Origin: Reclinomonas americana ATCC 50394
Lineage: Eukaryota
Assembly: GCA_048213135.1 (NCBI GenBank)
Contig: PS015245.1
Coordinates: 22,472 to 86,471, forward strand
Length of the DNA: 64,000 nt
Direction: 5' to 3'
Shown here: one piece after another, positions 61,714 through 64,000 of the stretch
Layout of the letters: each line of letters starts with the position of its first letter
Position numbering within the stretch: position 1 is the first letter of the stretch
Program-made: the position numbers and the translations under genes
Notes under the pieces: generated by a model
Told to the model about the DNA's origin: nothing
Seen by the model: only the letters and a program-made list of their open reading frames with translations
Databases searched by the model: none

Positions 61714-63599
61714 TCACGAGAAGGTGACGGTGATTTGTGCGACGCCCACGCGCGAGTCGCAGCCCTGGTAGGGCACCAGGAAGGTGTCGCTGGTGCCGAT
61801 GCGCTTCCAGCCTGCGTGATGCGGTGAGTTCTTTTGCACCTGGTATCCAGCATGCGTTTCAAGAAGGGACTGACCTTCCACAAAGACCACATTTGGCGTG
61901 AGACCCAGGATGCCCGACTCATTGTCGCATGTCTCCCAGTCGAGCTCGGGTGACAGGATCGGCGTGTCGCTGCGATACAAGCCAAACAAGTGAGCGAATG
62001 AACAAGGTGTAGACGATCGATGCTGCTCTCGTGAACCTGCGCTGCTTGACAATGGTGGGATCACCGCCGTCGAGGATCACGTAGCCGAGATTGTACTGCA
62101 CAGGGTGACTGAGTACGCATTGCTCAGAGAGAGAGACAGGGTTCGTGAATCCGCACCTGCAGATTGTAATTCTTCGGGTTCGGGTCGGACCATCTGCGGG
62201 GCAGGGAGTGAGCACGGGCAGGTGACACAGTAGTATGTCCCTCGCGTCACGTAACTGGCGCGCCGAGTTGTACAGGAAGAGATAATCGCCTGCGAATCAA
62301 CCGGGGGTTAGGAACGTATGCGACAAGAAATGAAGCCTCAAACATTCACACCATTGCTGAGGCGCATAGGCGCAGGGCCGCTCTCCACCAGCGCCGAGTC
62401 GAATGAGTCGCTTCGCGGCGCGATCAAGACGTGGCCAGTGTTGCTGTGCACGTGCTTCCGTGTCAGAGAAACCACACCAGATATTGCTCATACACCGGCG
62501 GTGAGTGCTCACTTGTACGACTTGTAGTCGGTGGTGGTCGCCACCTGGATGCTCGTGTCGCCCCAGAACAACAGACCGCCGTTGGACTGCATCAGCAGCG
62601 CCGCTGTACGTCGAAGGGACGAGCTCAGTCAGCAAGCAAAATCTCAAGACACCAGACAGATGCACAAACCAGACTTGGACCAGCCGCCATTGGGGAACAC
62701 CAGACCCTCGAACGTCCACGGCTTCGATGTGCAACAGAAGAAGAGTCAAGGCACCACAAAGGAGAAGCAACAAGCGCATGAGGGAAGGAGGGGAACAGAG
62801 GATATGGATCGGTGGCCGTCGCCAGCGCCAGTCGCGCAAAAAGACCGCCGTTGCCGTCGTTCACCACACTCGTGAAGAAGCAGTAGTACTTGCCGTCGTT
62901 GGGGTTGTACACCTTCACGACACCACCATCAGTCACGAGCATCGCTGTGCACTTGACAAGGCACAAGACACGCAACCACTCGCGGATCCTCGGCACCGCC
63001 CGGCTGAAAGTCATTCGGACCCAGCACGACATCTTGCGCGCGTGTGGAACGACACGATCAGAGAGCACACAAAGACAGACAACAACGCACACCCCGTTGT
63101 CGCAACTGCTTCGCGACACTCGCTCATAAGACAGATCATTGGGGTCACTCGTGCGCACATACACAATGCTCGACGGTGTCACATCGTATGGCGAATGCTC
63201 GTTCTGTGTGAGGTTCTGCACGCGCACCAGCAGCGCATCGCCCAAGATCGCATCCTGCACAGTGATCGCAAGTGAACGAGGTGTCGGAGAAAAGCACAAT
63301 GCACACAAGAATGCACACACCTCCAGCAGCGCCACGTTGTAGTTGTACTGGTAGTCTGTGTGTGTGCGAGGGTTGAGCGAGTGACTTGCACGTGTGTGTA
63401 TGTGAGAGAGAGAGTGTGTGCATGCACCGCTGTTGGTGTGATCAATCACGGGTTGTGTTGACAGTCGCTTGAGTGTGACTTGTGGAGTGCCAGCGACAGA
63501 GGAAGAAGCGGAGGTGGGACCGCGCAGCAGAGGCGTCTCCATGGCTGCCACGACAAGCGCCAGTGCAATGCAGGCGACAACAAGACCGACTGTGCGCAT
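61714..63599 (-). CDS. Secreted GH130-like five-bladed beta-propeller glycosidase/phosphorylase
   Basis: Signal peptide MRTVGLVVACIALALVVAA, then YNYN, GAEDPRV, WSK, FDSALVESGPAP, YLFLYNS, YNLGYVILD, PILSPELDWE, PNVVFVEG and YQGCDSRVGVA. These are GH130 motifs. Confidence 0.85.
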
Positions 63600-64000
63600 C
63601 TCCACTTTTGCAAGATCCGAACACGACGACAAGAAGGACAACCAAGGGCGGGGCGTTCACTCCTTCGCCGTCGTCAGTCGAGCTTCTGGGGCTGTGGCTC
63701 CTCCTTGTCTGAGGATAGCCTTTGTAATTGTGAAACGCAGCCGCCAAGAAGCGCAATGTACATGCCACCGCACGTGACGTGCAGGCTGGCCTTCAGTTCG
63801 AACCAGCAGGCGATGAAGAGGGCGCAGGAGAGCATTGCGTGCTCCGTGTGCCTCACGTGAGTCCCTGCATCGACGTGCAAGGGTGAGATTACTGGATGGG
63901 CAAGTGGCGTGCGAGAGACGCAACATGTGGCGGATGCGAGAAGGAGCCACACAATAATGGCTGCCGACGTCGACTCCATGATGCTGCCGTAGCCGGCAAA

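Noticed and set aside
63650-64000. Possible 3' end of another minus-strand gene at the window edge
   Set aside because: Exon-like signals are present, but frame and product could not be determined from the available sequence.

Overview
Eukaryotic DNA from a compact, intron-rich genome (mostly 55-110 nt GT-AG introns, many microsatellite-flanked N gaps). An IFT27 gene indicates a flagellated organism, probably a protist; I cannot name it. Gene models were spliced by hand. Ordinary genes: REEP/HVA22-like, TLC-domain, an Ala/Gln/His-rich protein fragment, two PH-domain proteins, a CsgA-type SDR, LITAF-like, Puf4-type Pumilio, DUF4795-like coiled-coil, kelch-repeat, RRP1/Nop52, TMEM214-like, IFT27 and a secreted GH130-like enzyme. 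The standout is a nested array at ~19.0-41.4 kb. It has three ~7.8-7.9 kb paralogous genes, each with five tandem copies of an unrecognised ~230-aa exon-bounded module (15 modules). The core exon is exactly 264 nt in all 15 copies. The proteins have an SV40-like NLS, acidic linkers and a hypervariable basic helix segment, and modules show signs of sequence exchange. This is a candidate modular, diversifying nuclear nucleic-acid-binding family (function is inference). A second window-wide signal is the very frequent atypical splice donor GTTGCG.
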